32,000 bases of DNA from Pirellula staleyi DSM 6068 (GCA_000025185.1 CP001848.1:2640001-2672000); one strand, 5' to 3'; positions 1 through 8,414 are shown, numbered from the stretch's first letter. The notes: generated by a model from the sequence alone, not told the origin. Program-made: numbers and translations.

Positions 1-904
1 GCCCGTTCTCGAGATTGATGCCAGTCCGTCCCGAAACGACACCGAGATTAAAATCGTCTTGCTCGGGGAAGCTATCGACCTGACTCACGCCGCCAGTGTG
101 ATACTGCGAGCCTTGAATGCTGAAGTATTTTCGCTCGTCACCGGCTTGGGCCGACAGCGTGACCTGACCCGTTTGAAAACTGCCACCCATCGTTCCGGCG
201 GTGACCGAAAGTGGTCCTTGACCCCGTTTGGTGATGATGTTGATCACACCACCAATCGCGTCGCTGCCGTAGACCATGCTTTGCGGGCCGCGGAGGACTT
301 CGATCCGCTCGACGTTATCGGTGGTGAGGGTCGAGAAGTCGAAGAGTCGCGACGCATTTTGGGGAGCGTTCAGCGGAATGCCGTCGAGCAGCACTTTGGT
401 ATGCGACGAGTTGGCACCGCGCAAAAACACACTGGTGATGCTACCGGGTCCACCTTGGCGAACCACATCGACACCTAGCTTGCCGCGGAGCACTTCAGCG
501 ACCGATGTTTGGCCGCTGCGAGCAATGTCGTCGGCCGTGATGACGGTGATCGACGAGCCGGTTTGCGATGCGGGGGTCGGCATGCGGTTAGGAGAAACCA
601 CCGTGTCGGCCGGAAGTGGCTCGGCCGGGAAATTGCTCAGCCGACCGGGAACCACCGTTTCAGGAAGCTCGGGAATCGCCTCGTTTTCGAGAGGGACTTC
701 AGCAGGGGCCTCGGCCGGAGGCTGATACGAGGCGTTCTCGACGGCTGTTTCCGTCGGCTGATCGCGGTAGCGATTCGGCGTCTCTTCGTCAGAGATATTG
801 GCAGTCGCCAGATCGTCGGCCCACAAGGTCCGAGCCAGCGGCGACGAGAATTGCGGAAGAAGAGCAGCAGTGAGCGCGCACTTCCACCAAAACGACAAAC
901 GCAT
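1..904 (-). CDS. btuB: TonB-dependent outer-membrane receptor, BtuB-like (N-terminal part; gene runs off the left edge)
   Basis: My own minus-strand translation from ATG 904..902 stays open to nt 2. It is absent from the ORF track because it has no stop in the window. It starts with a signal peptide (MRLSFWWKCALTAALL). Plug-domain motifs follow: SSITVITADDIARSGQTSVAEVLRG, SVFLRGANSSHTKVLLDGIPLN and NVERIEVLRGPQSMVYGSDAIGGVINIITKRG. A cobalamin riboswitch lies directly upstream. Confidence 0.85.
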   Translation of the reverse strand, partial: MRLSFWWKCALTAALLPQFSSPLARTLWADDLATANISDEETPNRYRDQPTETAVENASYQPPAEAPAEVPLENEAIPELPETVVPGRLSNFPAEPLPADTVVSPNRMPTPASQTGSSITVITADDIARSGQTSVAEVLRGKLGVDVVRQGGPGSITSVFLRGANSSHTKVLLDGIPLNAPQNASRLFDFSTLTTDNVERIEVLRGPQSMVYGSDAIGGVINIITKRGQGPLSVTAGTMGGSFQTGQVTLSAQAGDERKYFSIQGSQYHTGGVSQVDSFPEQDDFNLGVVSGRTGINLENG

Positions 905-949
905 GCGAAGTTCCTTTCCCTCCCACGGGGAAATGAAGCGATAAAGAAA

Positions 950-1150
950 CCTCGGCAACGAGCAAGATATCCTGGCTCGGGTTCGACCTACTTGCCCGAC
1001 CTTCCCGGCGCTTCGTGCGAAGCATCAGTGGCCATCTGCTGGGCGTTCGTCCCCCTTACAGTCGCGGGGCGGCGGAAGTTTTTCACTTCGCTTCCCTCGC
1101 TTGCTGCCGTACAACGGGCCCCGTCACGTTTCCCACCTACGGATGGACGA
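950..1150 (-). promoter_or_regulatory. Cobalamin (B12) riboswitch in the 5' leader of the TonB-dependent receptor
   Basis: The minus strand reads GGTGGGAAA...AGGGAAGCGAAGTGAAAAACTTCCGCCGCCCCGCGACTGTAAGGGGGACGAA...GGCCACTG...CGGGAAGGTCGGG...CCCGAGCCAGGATATCTTGC. These are the conserved core, the GCCACTG element and the B12 box, in the canonical order. Confidence 0.9.
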
Positions 1151-1337
1151 AAAGTGAGAGGCACATAGCTAGTCATCGTCTTTGCGTGTGGTGCCGGTTG
1201 TAGCAATTCTGATGCTTTGACCGCTTGTAACGCCGCTAGCACCCCGCTCCGTGGCAGAGTTTAACGACAGGGGAAGAGAATCGGCCCCGGAAAGCTGCTA
1301 TCAGGGCCGGACGAAGGTGGGGTAACCGTGCGGCCTC

Positions 1338-1373
1338 GAAACGAAAACACCCCGCGAGCATGCCCGCAGGGTG
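1338..1373 (-). terminator. Intrinsic terminator after the small membrane ORFs
   Basis: The minus strand reads CACCCTGCG-GGCATGCT-CGCGGGGTG followed by TTTTCGTTTC. This is a 9-bp GC-rich stem with one mismatch. It starts 18 nt after the stop of ORF 1392..1619. Confidence 0.5.
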
Positions 1374-1391
1374 ACGGGAGGGAAATGCAGT

Positions 1392-1619
1392 TCAAGTGCC
1401 AATGACGAGGAGAGTGGCAGCCGGGATCAGAAACGCCAACGCAATTCTCTCGAAGTGGGCCATAAAGTTGTTTTGCGTCGGATAGAGGGCGCCGAAAAAC
1501 GGCTTGCACCTGCCGAAAACGTGCGGAACATGAGCTAACCAAGCAAGGCGAAGATGAGCGTGAAAAATCGGAAGACAGCTTCCAAATCGACCCAGGTGCA
1601 ACACCTTGATCTGCCTCAC
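1392..1619 (-). CDS. Hypothetical small protein with a C-terminal hydrophobic segment
   Basis: 75-aa ORF. Its GTG start overlaps the stop of the upstream ORF (GTGA, 1619..1616), and a terminator follows it. There are no recognisable motifs. Confidence 0.3.
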   Translation of the reverse strand: MRQIKVLHLGRFGSCLPIFHAHLRLAWLAHVPHVFGRCKPFFGALYPTQNNFMAHFERIALAFLIPAATLLVIGT

Positions 1620-2116
1620 CCCAACTGCAACTCAAGTCCGGTGTAAAAACAGTGCAATCGCCCGGGAAGCCAAAGATAGTATCGTGTCTCGGCGACACCC
1701 ATTCCGCGATCAGCAGTAGCTACATAGTGCTGGATGACGAAAGGGCATGGAGTCGACGGAGTACCGATGAAGTGCCACGAGATTGGTAAGTCATCGTCGT
1801 CCTTGCCTTCGCTTACCGGATCGAAACTAAGCGAGGTCGATTGTAATTCTGGGTATCTTTGAAACCAGCGATCGGCTGTGCTGACGGCGGCAATGCCTCC
1901 GAAGTAATGAGTTGTCACCCAACATGAAACGTAGAGGGCGACGATCACTAAGGCGTACGCAAAGTGGTTTCTGCGTTGCAGGTAATAGGCAGCACCGATT
2001 AAGGCGACAGGAGGTGCGCTCAGTGCAAGTCCGAGGAAGCGATGTTCATAGAACATCGACACCAACACGAAAAAGCAGGCGATCACTGCATTGAAGCTCA
2101 ACAGGCTGAATCGCAT
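1616..2116 (-). CDS. Hypothetical integral membrane protein
   Basis: 166-aa ORF with about three hydrophobic helices at the N-terminus (FNAVIACFFVLVSMF, LALSAPPVALIGAAYYL, YALVIVALYVSCWV) and then a soluble tail. No family recognised. Confidence 0.5.
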   Translation of the reverse strand: MRFSLLSFNAVIACFFVLVSMFYEHRFLGLALSAPPVALIGAAYYLQRRNHFAYALVIVALYVSCWVTTHYFGGIAAVSTADRWFQRYPELQSTSLSFDPVSEGKDDDDLPISWHFIGTPSTPCPFVIQHYVATADRGMGVAETRYYLWLPGRLHCFYTGLELQLG

Positions 2117-2301
2117 GGCAGTGCCGATACGGAAGTCGCAATGCTGCAGTACGATCCATGTCCCGTGAAATTGGGTGGCTCATAGCTGGCTTGACCAGCA
2201 GTGCGCAACTCCCAGAGGCTAAAACTCTGTGGAGCTGCGAGACGCACAGCCACCCTTAGGAATCACGGATCGCTTGATGGCGAGCCAAGTTAGCGGGGTG
2301 A

Positions 2302-3279
2302 TTAGAAATCGTCTTCGCTCAGCTTGGTGGTCTGCATGGTGTAGACCGCAGCAATGGGGGCGTTGGTGCCGGGTTCTTTGTACTTCGAACCATTGCTGGT
2401 CATCAGGCGGCAGTAGACGGTGTAGTCGATCGTGTCGCTGCGGAACGCCACGCTGCCATCGCACATCGTGGTGTTGAAGCCACCAGGGTGGCGGCTCGAA
2501 GGACGGGCATAGTCGAAACCTACCGCTCCGTTGCCTGCCTGACGATTGAGCCCGACGGTGGGTGGATCGTTGGTGGTCCACAGGATGGCGACGTCATACT
2601 CGTTATTGCAGCTGGTCCACTTCACCACGTCGAGGTTTTCGCTGAACTTGATGGTGTTCGACGTGCCATCACCGTTGGCGATGTCGCCCGAATTGGTCTG
2701 AAACACCTTGGGGAAGTTGTCCGTTCCCTTCAGGCGATCATCGAGAGCACCGTTGGCGGGCCAGTCGAAACCGTAGAGGGGGCTGCCAGGGCTGGTGTTG
2801 TTTTCGCGGCCGCCGTTACAGGCGTACGAAAACATCGCCTTCTCGCCGGTGTCGGTGGTATCGCTCGGGCAGACGAGCAAATTGATGCGCTGCTCGAGGG
2901 CGGTGTTGTTGTTGATCGCGCTATTGCTGCTGGCGAGTTGGTCGATCTGGGTCCGGATGTCGGGGCGACCCATTTCTTCCATCAGCACATGCACCCAGCT
3001 GACGTAGCGAGCTGGGGTCGAGTTCCAGTTGTTCCCCGAGTAGGTGCGCGAGTAGTACTGACGCGAAGGGGGCATGTACGACTTGTTGGTCTCGTACAGC
3101 ATCGAAGCCTGGCCGATTTGACGCAGGTTGTTCGTGCACTGCGCACGACGGGCCGACTCGCGAGCCGCTTGCACAGCGGGCAGCAGGAGTGCCATGAGAA
3201 CGGCGATGATCGAAATCACCACCAGCAGTTCGACCACCGTGAAGGCGGTGCGACGAGACAACGAAAAGCGCGATGCCAT
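2302..3279 (-). CDS. DUF1559 protein with prepilin-type N-terminal cleavage/methylation domain (planctomycete H-X9-DG family)
   Basis: From ATG 3279 the product reads [56 protein letters not shown]. The C-terminal [13 protein letters not shown] is an H-X9-DG motif. The track ORF extends to 3360, but the pilin-like leader fits the internal ATG. Confidence 0.9.
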   Translation of the reverse strand: MASRFSLSRRTAFTVVELLVVISIIAVLMALLLPAVQAARESARRAQCTNNLRQIGQASMLYETNKSYMPPSRQYYSRTYSGNNWNSTPARYVSWVHVLMEEMGRPDIRTQIDQLASSNSAINNNTALEQRINLLVCPSDTTDTGEKAMFSYACNGGRENNTSPGSPLYGFDWPANGALDDRLKGTDNFPKVFQTNSGDIANGDGTSNTIKFSENLDVVKWTSCNNEYDVAILWTTNDPPTVGLNRQAGNGAVGFDYARPSSRHPGGFNTTMCDGSVAFRSDTIDYTVYCRLMTSNGSKYKEPGTNAPIAAVYTMQTTKLSEDDF

Positions 3280-3579
3280 AAGACGAAACTCCTCGAGAGC
3301 GATCTGTCTACACAGCGAGCCAATGCGAATGCCAACGCGCGCCGAAGAGTCCTTCGCCAACTTCTGCTGACGAAGAAAGACGCACGTTGCCGCTGTGATC
3401 TCTTGTTCCGGTTCTTATTGTCGCAATCCGGCGGAGCGGTGTCGAGTCGTTTGTCGCTAAAATAGTTCCGCAGCCGTTGCGAATTGGCAGCCGACTGGGC
3501 CTGCTAATCTTCTTCGAATCTTCCTCGAGAACCGCGAGTTGCCGGGGTCCCACAGCTGTAGCAGCCGAGGGAAGACCCG

Positions 3580-6567
3580 CTAGCGAGCCAGGAACAGTCG
3601 TTTCGACATCCGTCGTGGAGGAGTCAGGGCAATCGAGGCCTGATCATCTTCCGTCGCCACGCTATTGCCGGGGGTGCTATCGGGATCGAACTGGTCGCTC
3701 GATTGCACTTGGGCCGTGTTGGTCGACGTGCCGTACGAGGTGACGGTGGCCACGATCTGCAATGTCGCCGAGGCACCACTAGCGAGGGTCGGAACGGTCC
3801 AGATGCCGGTTACCTGGTTGTAGGTGCCGACGCTTGGCGTGCTGCTGACATAGGTCACCCCGGCTGGCAGCAGATCGAGCAGCGTGACGTCGGTAGCCCC
3901 AGCCGGGCCGGCGTTCGACAGCGTAACGGTGTAAGTGACGTTCGAACCGAAGTCGGGGGTGGTGTTACTCACCGTTTTGGTCACCGAGAGATCGGAGATG
4001 TTCGGTGTCACGGTGGCGCTGGCCTGATCATCTTCGTTGGCGTTGTTGTTGTTCGGCGTGCTGTCGATGTCGAACTGATCAGCGGCTGTCACTTGGGCCG
4101 TATTCACCTTCACCGTCGAAGTGGTGACAGTGGCGGTCACTTGCAGCGTGGCGCTGCTGCCGTTGGTGAGCGAGGGAATCGTCCAGACACCAGTCGCCTG
4201 ATTGTAGGTTCCCACGCTCGGTGCCGAACTGACGAACGTCAAACCGGCTGGCAGAACGTCGGTGACTGCAATGTTAGTCGCATCTTGAGGACCATCGTTC
4301 TCGATGGTGATGGTGTAGGTGATCTGCTGATTCTGATCGGGGGTCGTATCGCTCACAGTCTTCGTGAGCGAGAGATCGGCGATGTTGGGATCGAGCACCG
4401 CATCGTCTTCGTTGTTGTTAGGATTGCTATCGAACTGATCGACCGCAGTGATCTCGGCGTTGTTCGTCAGCTGACTGCTGCTCGTCACACGAGCGTTGAT
4501 CGTCAGCACGGTCGAGGCGCCAGCGGCCAGGTTGCCAATCGTCCAGATGCCAGTGCCACTCACATACGCGCCGCCACCGTTGTCGCTCACGTACACAAGT
4601 CCCGCTGGCAACTGATCAGTCACTTGCACGCCTGTGGCAGCGACACCGGTGTTGTTGGTGACCGTGAGAGTGAACACCACCACTTGGTTGTTGTTCGGGG
4701 TTGCATCGTCGACCGTCTTGGTGATCCCCAGGTCGTTGACGTTCGGCGTGAGGATGACGGAATCGTAGTCGTCTTCGGTGGTGATGCCATTGTTCACCGT
4801 GCTATCGCTATCGAACTGATCGGTGGCAGTGATTTCAGCGATGTTGGTGATCGTCGCGCTGCTGGTCACTGTGGCGCGAATCGTGAGGACCGCATTGGCA
4901 CCTGCGGCCAGGTTGCCAATCGTCCAGATGCCAGTGCCGCTCACATAGGCGCCCGCACCGGTGTCGCTGACATACGTCAGCCCGGCGGGGAGCAGATCAG
5001 TCACCACCACACCGGTGGCAGCGACGGCGCTTTCGTTCGTCACCGTCAGGGTGAACACCACTTCCTGATTTTCGTTCGGTGTGGTGTCGTCCACCGTCTT
5101 GCTGATCGCCAGATCGGTGACGGCGGGAGTGAAGGTCACTTCGGCGTAGTCGTCTTCAGTGGTGATGCCGTTATTGGGGGTGCTGTCGATATCGAACTGA
5201 TCGGCGGCGGTCACTTCAGCCGCGTTCAAAATGGCCGTTTGCCCCGTGAAAGAAGCGACAATTTGAATCGACGCACTCGCGCCGACGGCGAGATTGCCGA
5301 CGGTCCAAATGCCGGTGCCGCTCACATAAGCCCCCGCGCCAGTGTCGCTGACATACGTGGTGCCCACTGGCAGCAGATCGGTCACCACCACACCGGTGGC
5401 GGCGTTGGTGCCGTCGTTAAACACGGTGAGTGTGTAGGTGACGTTCTGGCCGTTGTTGGGATTGGTCGGGAGCACCGTTTTGGTGAGCCGCAAGTCGATC
5501 GGCGTGAAGTTGTCGATGTCGACCGTTTGAACTGTTGGACCGAGGGTTCCGAGCAGTTCGATGCCGACGTCGTTGCCACCTTCCGTCGTGGTGATGGTGA
5601 CGACAATCGCCCCGACATTGGTGAAGTCGGCTCCCAGCCCCGTGTCGACAAAATCATCGAAGTTGAAGAGCAGTTCGGTGCTGTTTGCGTCGGGAATGCC
5701 AATCGTCAATTCCGAGTAATCGACAGCCGAGGTATAGACCCGAATGGTGGCGGTGGCATTCGGCTGTTCCGAACTGATCACCATTTGGAAGGCTGTTTGT
5801 GTTCCTGCGGAAGTGAGATCGATGCCGCCGAGGCCAGTGGGGTCGAGGGTTGTTGCGTCGGCATCGGTTCCATCGTAGGTGGCTGTGAAAATGCCGGTGG
5901 CGTTGAGGTTCGCATCGATGTAGAGCTGACCAGCAATTCCCTCAAACCCGATGTTGTCAGCCGCATTGTTCGATGTGAGTTCGGCAAACAGATCGCGCTC
6001 GCCACCGAGCACTTCTGCCCCAGCTTGCACGCCGTTGTCGGTGCTCCCGACCGGGAACGAGACCGAGAGAGCAGGGCCGAGGGTGGTGAACGAGTCGATT
6101 GAAGTTCCGGTGATACCTTGGGCCTGCAGCGGTGTGATGGTGACGAGCGAGCTGACTTCTTCGAGCAAGTTCACTGCGCCGACAACTTGGGCCGGTTGGC
6201 GCACGAAGTAGTTGCCAGCCGAGAGGCCATCGAATCGATAGCGGCCTTCGTTGACACCAGCAGCGACGGTGTTTTGCGTATCAACGAGTGTATCGCCAGC
6301 GTCGTAGAGTCCGTCGCCGTCGTCGAGATAGAGCCGCACTTCGGCATTGCCCACTTCTTCGACACCCACATCGAGGCCGTTGCCAGTTACGTCTTTGAAC
6401 ACGATGCCGGTGATGGCGGCGAAATCGGTGGCCATCATAGCGCGTCCCTCGAGCGATTCGAATCGCGAGTGACGTTTCGCAGGTGCGCGAGGTTTGACTT
6501 TCTTCGCCGGACGCTCGAGCAGCGTCAGAAAGAACGAGTGGAGCGAAGCGGCAACTTCCCGCAGCAT
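3580..6567 (-). CDS. Giant secreted surface protein: SdrD-B-like domain plus five DUF11 (conserved repeat domain) units
   Basis: The track ORF is 3580..6651. I prefer ATG 6567 (MLREVAASLHSFF...) because it gives the same 33-aa spacing before the SRFExxExR motif as the other giant protein. The N-terminal region reads GIVFKDVTGNGLDVG...RYRFDGLSAGNYFV. There are five repeats of L(S/T)KTV...TYT(L/I)TV.N.G...ATGVVVTD.LPAGLTYVS...G.WTIG.L. Confidence 0.9.
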   Translation of the reverse strand: MLREVAASLHSFFLTLLERPAKKVKPRAPAKRHSRFESLEGRAMMATDFAAITGIVFKDVTGNGLDVGVEEVGNAEVRLYLDDGDGLYDAGDTLVDTQNTVAAGVNEGRYRFDGLSAGNYFVRQPAQVVGAVNLLEEVSSLVTITPLQAQGITGTSIDSFTTLGPALSVSFPVGSTDNGVQAGAEVLGGERDLFAELTSNNAADNIGFEGIAGQLYIDANLNATGIFTATYDGTDADATTLDPTGLGGIDLTSAGTQTAFQMVISSEQPNATATIRVYTSAVDYSELTIGIPDANSTELLFNFDDFVDTGLGADFTNVGAIVVTITTTEGGNDVGIELLGTLGPTVQTVDIDNFTPIDLRLTKTVLPTNPNNGQNVTYTLTVFNDGTNAATGVVVTDLLPVGTTYVSDTGAGAYVSGTGIWTVGNLAVGASASIQIVASFTGQTAILNAAEVTAADQFDIDSTPNNGITTEDDYAEVTFTPAVTDLAISKTVDDTTPNENQEVVFTLTVTNESAVAATGVVVTDLLPAGLTYVSDTGAGAYVSGTGIWTIGNLAAGANAVLTIRATVTSSATITNIAEITATDQFDSDSTVNNGITTEDDYDSVILTPNVNDLGITKTVDDATPNNNQVVVFTLTVTNNTGVAATGVQVTDQLPAGLVYVSDNGGGAYVSGTGIWTIGNLAAGASTVLTINARVTSSSQLTNNAEITAVDQFDSNPNNNEDDAVLDPNIADLSLTKTVSDTTPDQNQQITYTITIENDGPQDATNIAVTDVLPAGLTFVSSAPSVGTYNQATGVWTIPSLTNGSSATLQVTATVTTSTVKVNTAQVTAADQFDIDSTPNNNNANEDDQASATVTPNISDLSVTKTVSNTTPDFGSNVTYTVTLSNAGPAGATDVTLLDLLPAGVTYVSSTPSVGTYNQVTGIWTVPTLASGASATLQIVATVTSYGTSTNTAQVQSSDQFDPDSTPGNSVATEDDQASIALTPPRRMSKRLFLAR
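3620..5500 (-). repeat. Five tandem in-frame coding repeats (DUF11 units), period about 360-381 bp
   Basis: GTTGCCAAT at 4531 and 4912, and ATTGCCGAC at 5293, recur at exactly 381-bp spacing. The protein repeats are about 119-127 aa. Confidence 0.85.
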
Positions 6568-6916
6568 GTGCGTAGGCATAATGCATTGCATCCGTGCAAG
6601 TGATCGCGGTGATTCGGCAAACCGGCCAGGGCGTTCTGCAAGCAAACCCAAGCGGGCTGCACCAGCTGTTCCGTACGACTGGCGTTCCCCTAAGCGACGT
6701 ATTTCCTCAGCGATCCGAGCTTTGCCCCTGCGAGCGCAAAGCGAGTGGCACTAGGAAACGTCCAGCTTGTTTATCGGATCAAACGAAAGGCTTCCCTGCG
6801 AACATTCCCTTGGGTGGGGGTCAGGTAAGCGGGGCGATCCCTAACGACAAAAAACGGGGGATCGCCACTCATCAGCCCCCGCTAGCAGTCGGCAGGGGCG
6901 CTTCTTCGCTGGTTCG

Positions 6917-7330
6917 CTAAGTGGCGGCGTGATGCGACGAGCTGGCGGAATCATGCTGAGCAATCGCTGCCGATGGGAGGGGATGCTTCAGGGCGTGGTA
7001 CATAGCGAGTTCACGCTCCATCGTCTCGCGGTCGATCGCTCCGAGCTTGATCAGCAGCTCGCCAATCGGGGTTTGGCGTTTGCGCTGTTGCTGCAGCAGT
7101 TCCAGCACTTGCGGCTGGGTCAGGTAGCCCAAGTCGACCGCCACCGATCCAAACGCTTCGTCTTCGAGGTTTTGCGTATTGAGGATGTCGAACAGCTGTT
7201 TCATGTTGATGAAACCGGCTTCTACCGCCAAACGGCCGATGGGGGTTCGCTCGCGAATCTGTCGGTCGAGCGCTTCCACCACGTGAGCTGTCGAAACGAG
7301 CTGTTTGGCAACCAAGTATTTTCCGAACAT
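6917..7330 (-). CDS. Small protein built of four MshEN/GspE-N-terminal-like 24-residue units
   Basis: 137 aa. The units FGKYLVAKQLVSTAHVVEALDRQ, PIGRLAVEAGFINMKQLFDILNTQ, AFGSVAVDLGYLTQPQVLELLQQQ and PIGELLIKLGAIDRETMERELAMY are each separated by exactly 5 residues. Confidence 0.75.
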   Translation of the reverse strand: MFGKYLVAKQLVSTAHVVEALDRQIRERTPIGRLAVEAGFINMKQLFDILNTQNLEDEAFGSVAVDLGYLTQPQVLELLQQQRKRQTPIGELLIKLGAIDRETMERELAMYHALKHPLPSAAIAQHDSASSSHHAAT

Positions 7331-7634
7331 CGTGCACCTCGCCTGGGGATCTCAATCGAACATGCGGACAAACAGGTCGGGCGAATCCTCACCCGGCGAT
7401 TCGCCTGCAAAGCTGGCCAACCACCCGAAAACCTAGGTCACCGTGCGACGGTGCGCCGCCCAATTTGCCGCAAAGCGCCTGAACTCGACCATTTCGGCCC
7501 TGACGCCCCGCAGAAATGTGCTGTAAGTTGTTTTCTGATAGAGGTTTAGGTGTGTCGGTGCCGGCTCAGAAAAACGCCAGTCCAAGGGCTAAGCCAGGAA
7601 GAAGATCGAGCCGCTGAATCTCAAGCGAGCGCAT

Positions 7635-7669
7635 AGAAAAACCCGTGAGACTTGGGGAAGTCGCACGGG
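7635..7669 (-). terminator. Intrinsic terminator closing the tRNA-Leu transcription unit
   Basis: The minus strand reads CCCGTGCGAC-TTCCCCAA-GTCTCACGGG followed by TTTTTCT. The stem is 10 bp with one mismatch. Confidence 0.6.
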
Positions 7670-7838
7670 CTGTTTTGTGAGGTGCCTGGCAAACTCCCCA
7701 AACGGAGTTGCTGGCGTCTGATGGAGGCTCGTAGCTGCCGGATAGTAAAAGTCGAACGAGCGACTTAAGTCTAGCGAGAGCAACTACTTACCACTCGATC
7801 GAGCACCCCTGGGAGTGCTGATCTTGATCACCATCGAG

Positions 7839-7922
7839 TGCGGGCAAGAGGACTTGAACCTCCACGACCTTTCGGCCACAAGAACCTGAATCTTGCGCGT
7901 CTGCCAATTCCGCCATGCCCGC
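7839..7922 (-). tRNA. tRNA-Leu (anticodon CAG), class II with long variable arm
   Basis: I folded the 84-nt cloverleaf by hand. Acceptor stem GCGGGCA/TGCCCGC. Anticodon stem CAAGA/TCTTG with loop TTCAGGT. Variable arm GGCC-GAAA-GGTC. T arm GGAGG-TTCAAGT-CCTCT. Discriminator A. CCA is not encoded. Confidence 0.93.
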
Positions 7923-7964
7923 AGCAGATCGTCTGAACGTTTCCGCTCAGCGAGTAGCCACACA

Positions 7965-7994
7965 GATATACCTTACGACAATTGGCACCCGCAA
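7965..7994 (-). promoter_or_regulatory. Putative sigma70-type promoter for tRNA-Leu
   Basis: The minus strand reads TTGCGG-N18-TATATC, about 40 nt upstream of the tRNA 5' end. Pattern match only. Confidence 0.3.
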
Positions 7995-8084
7995 GGGGTT
8001 CGCCGAAATTGAGCCGCAGTTGCCCTCTAAGTGTTGCTCTCGACGCTGTTTATCGCGAATTTGCGGGGCACCGGCGACGGGCGA

Positions 8085-8414
8085 TTAGTAGCGGGGAACG
8101 GTCGGATCAACCACCTGCGACCAGGCATCGATGCCACCCGCCATGTTTTGCACGGTCTCGTATCCCTGCTGACGGAGCCACTGCGTGACCCGCATGCTCC
8201 GGCCGCCGTGATGGCAATGGACCACAATGCGGCCCCCTTGATGCGGCGCAATCTCGGCCAAACGGGCCGGGATCTGCTGCATCGGAATCAGCGTCGAACC
8301 AGCAATGCGGCAGTGCGCGAACTCATTTTCCTCGCGGCAATCAATCAGCAGTAGCGGCTGACCATCTTTTTGCATCGCGGCCACCGTTTCGACATCAACT
8401 TCCAGCGGCGTCAT
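8085..8414 (-). CDS. Rhodanese-domain sulfurtransferase
   Basis: 109 aa. It has the active-site loop VHCHHGGRS (CX4R) and the typical LIDCRE..EF..GHI-like context (LLIDCREENEFAHCRIAG). Confidence 0.9.
   Translation of the reverse strand: MTPLEVDVETVAAMQKDGQPLLLIDCREENEFAHCRIAGSTLIPMQQIPARLAEIAPHQGGRIVVHCHHGGRSMRVTQWLRQQGYETVQNMAGGIDAWSQVVDPTVPRY

Noticed and set aside
509-1242. ORFs on both strands (219 aa, 85 aa, 84 aa, 78 aa) across the receptor 5' end and its leader
   Set aside because: They overlap the riboswitch or lie antisense to the TonB-dependent receptor gene. Their products are Arg/Gly-rich and not protein-like.
2488-3465. 325-aa plus-strand ORF antisense to the DUF1559 gene
   Set aside because: No motifs, whereas the minus strand has the prepilin N-terminus and the H-X9-DG motif.
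3580-3625. C-terminus PPRRMSKRLFLAR of the DUF11 giant read as a PEP-CTERM or similar sorting signal
   Set aside because: There is no PEP motif and no hydrophobic helix before the basic residues. It is only mentioned as an oddity.
3620-5500. Regularly spaced DNA repeats considered as a possible CRISPR-like array
   Set aside because: The period is about 381 bp and the repeats are in-frame coding units of a protein domain. There is no short repeat-spacer structure.
3703-6102. 799-aa plus-strand ORF antisense to the DUF11 giant gene
   Set aside because: The translation is low-complexity and rich in R, G, V and D, with no motifs. The opposite strand encodes clear DUF11 and SdrD-like repeats. 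This is a typical stop-free shadow frame of a GC-rich gene.
6830-6875. Inverted repeat GGCGATCCC-N16-GGGATCGCC downstream of the MshEN-like gene, read as a terminator
   Set aside because: The T-run falls inside the loop rather than after the stem. The alternative 5-bp GGGGG/CCCCC stem with a trailing T6 is weak. This is too ambiguous to call.
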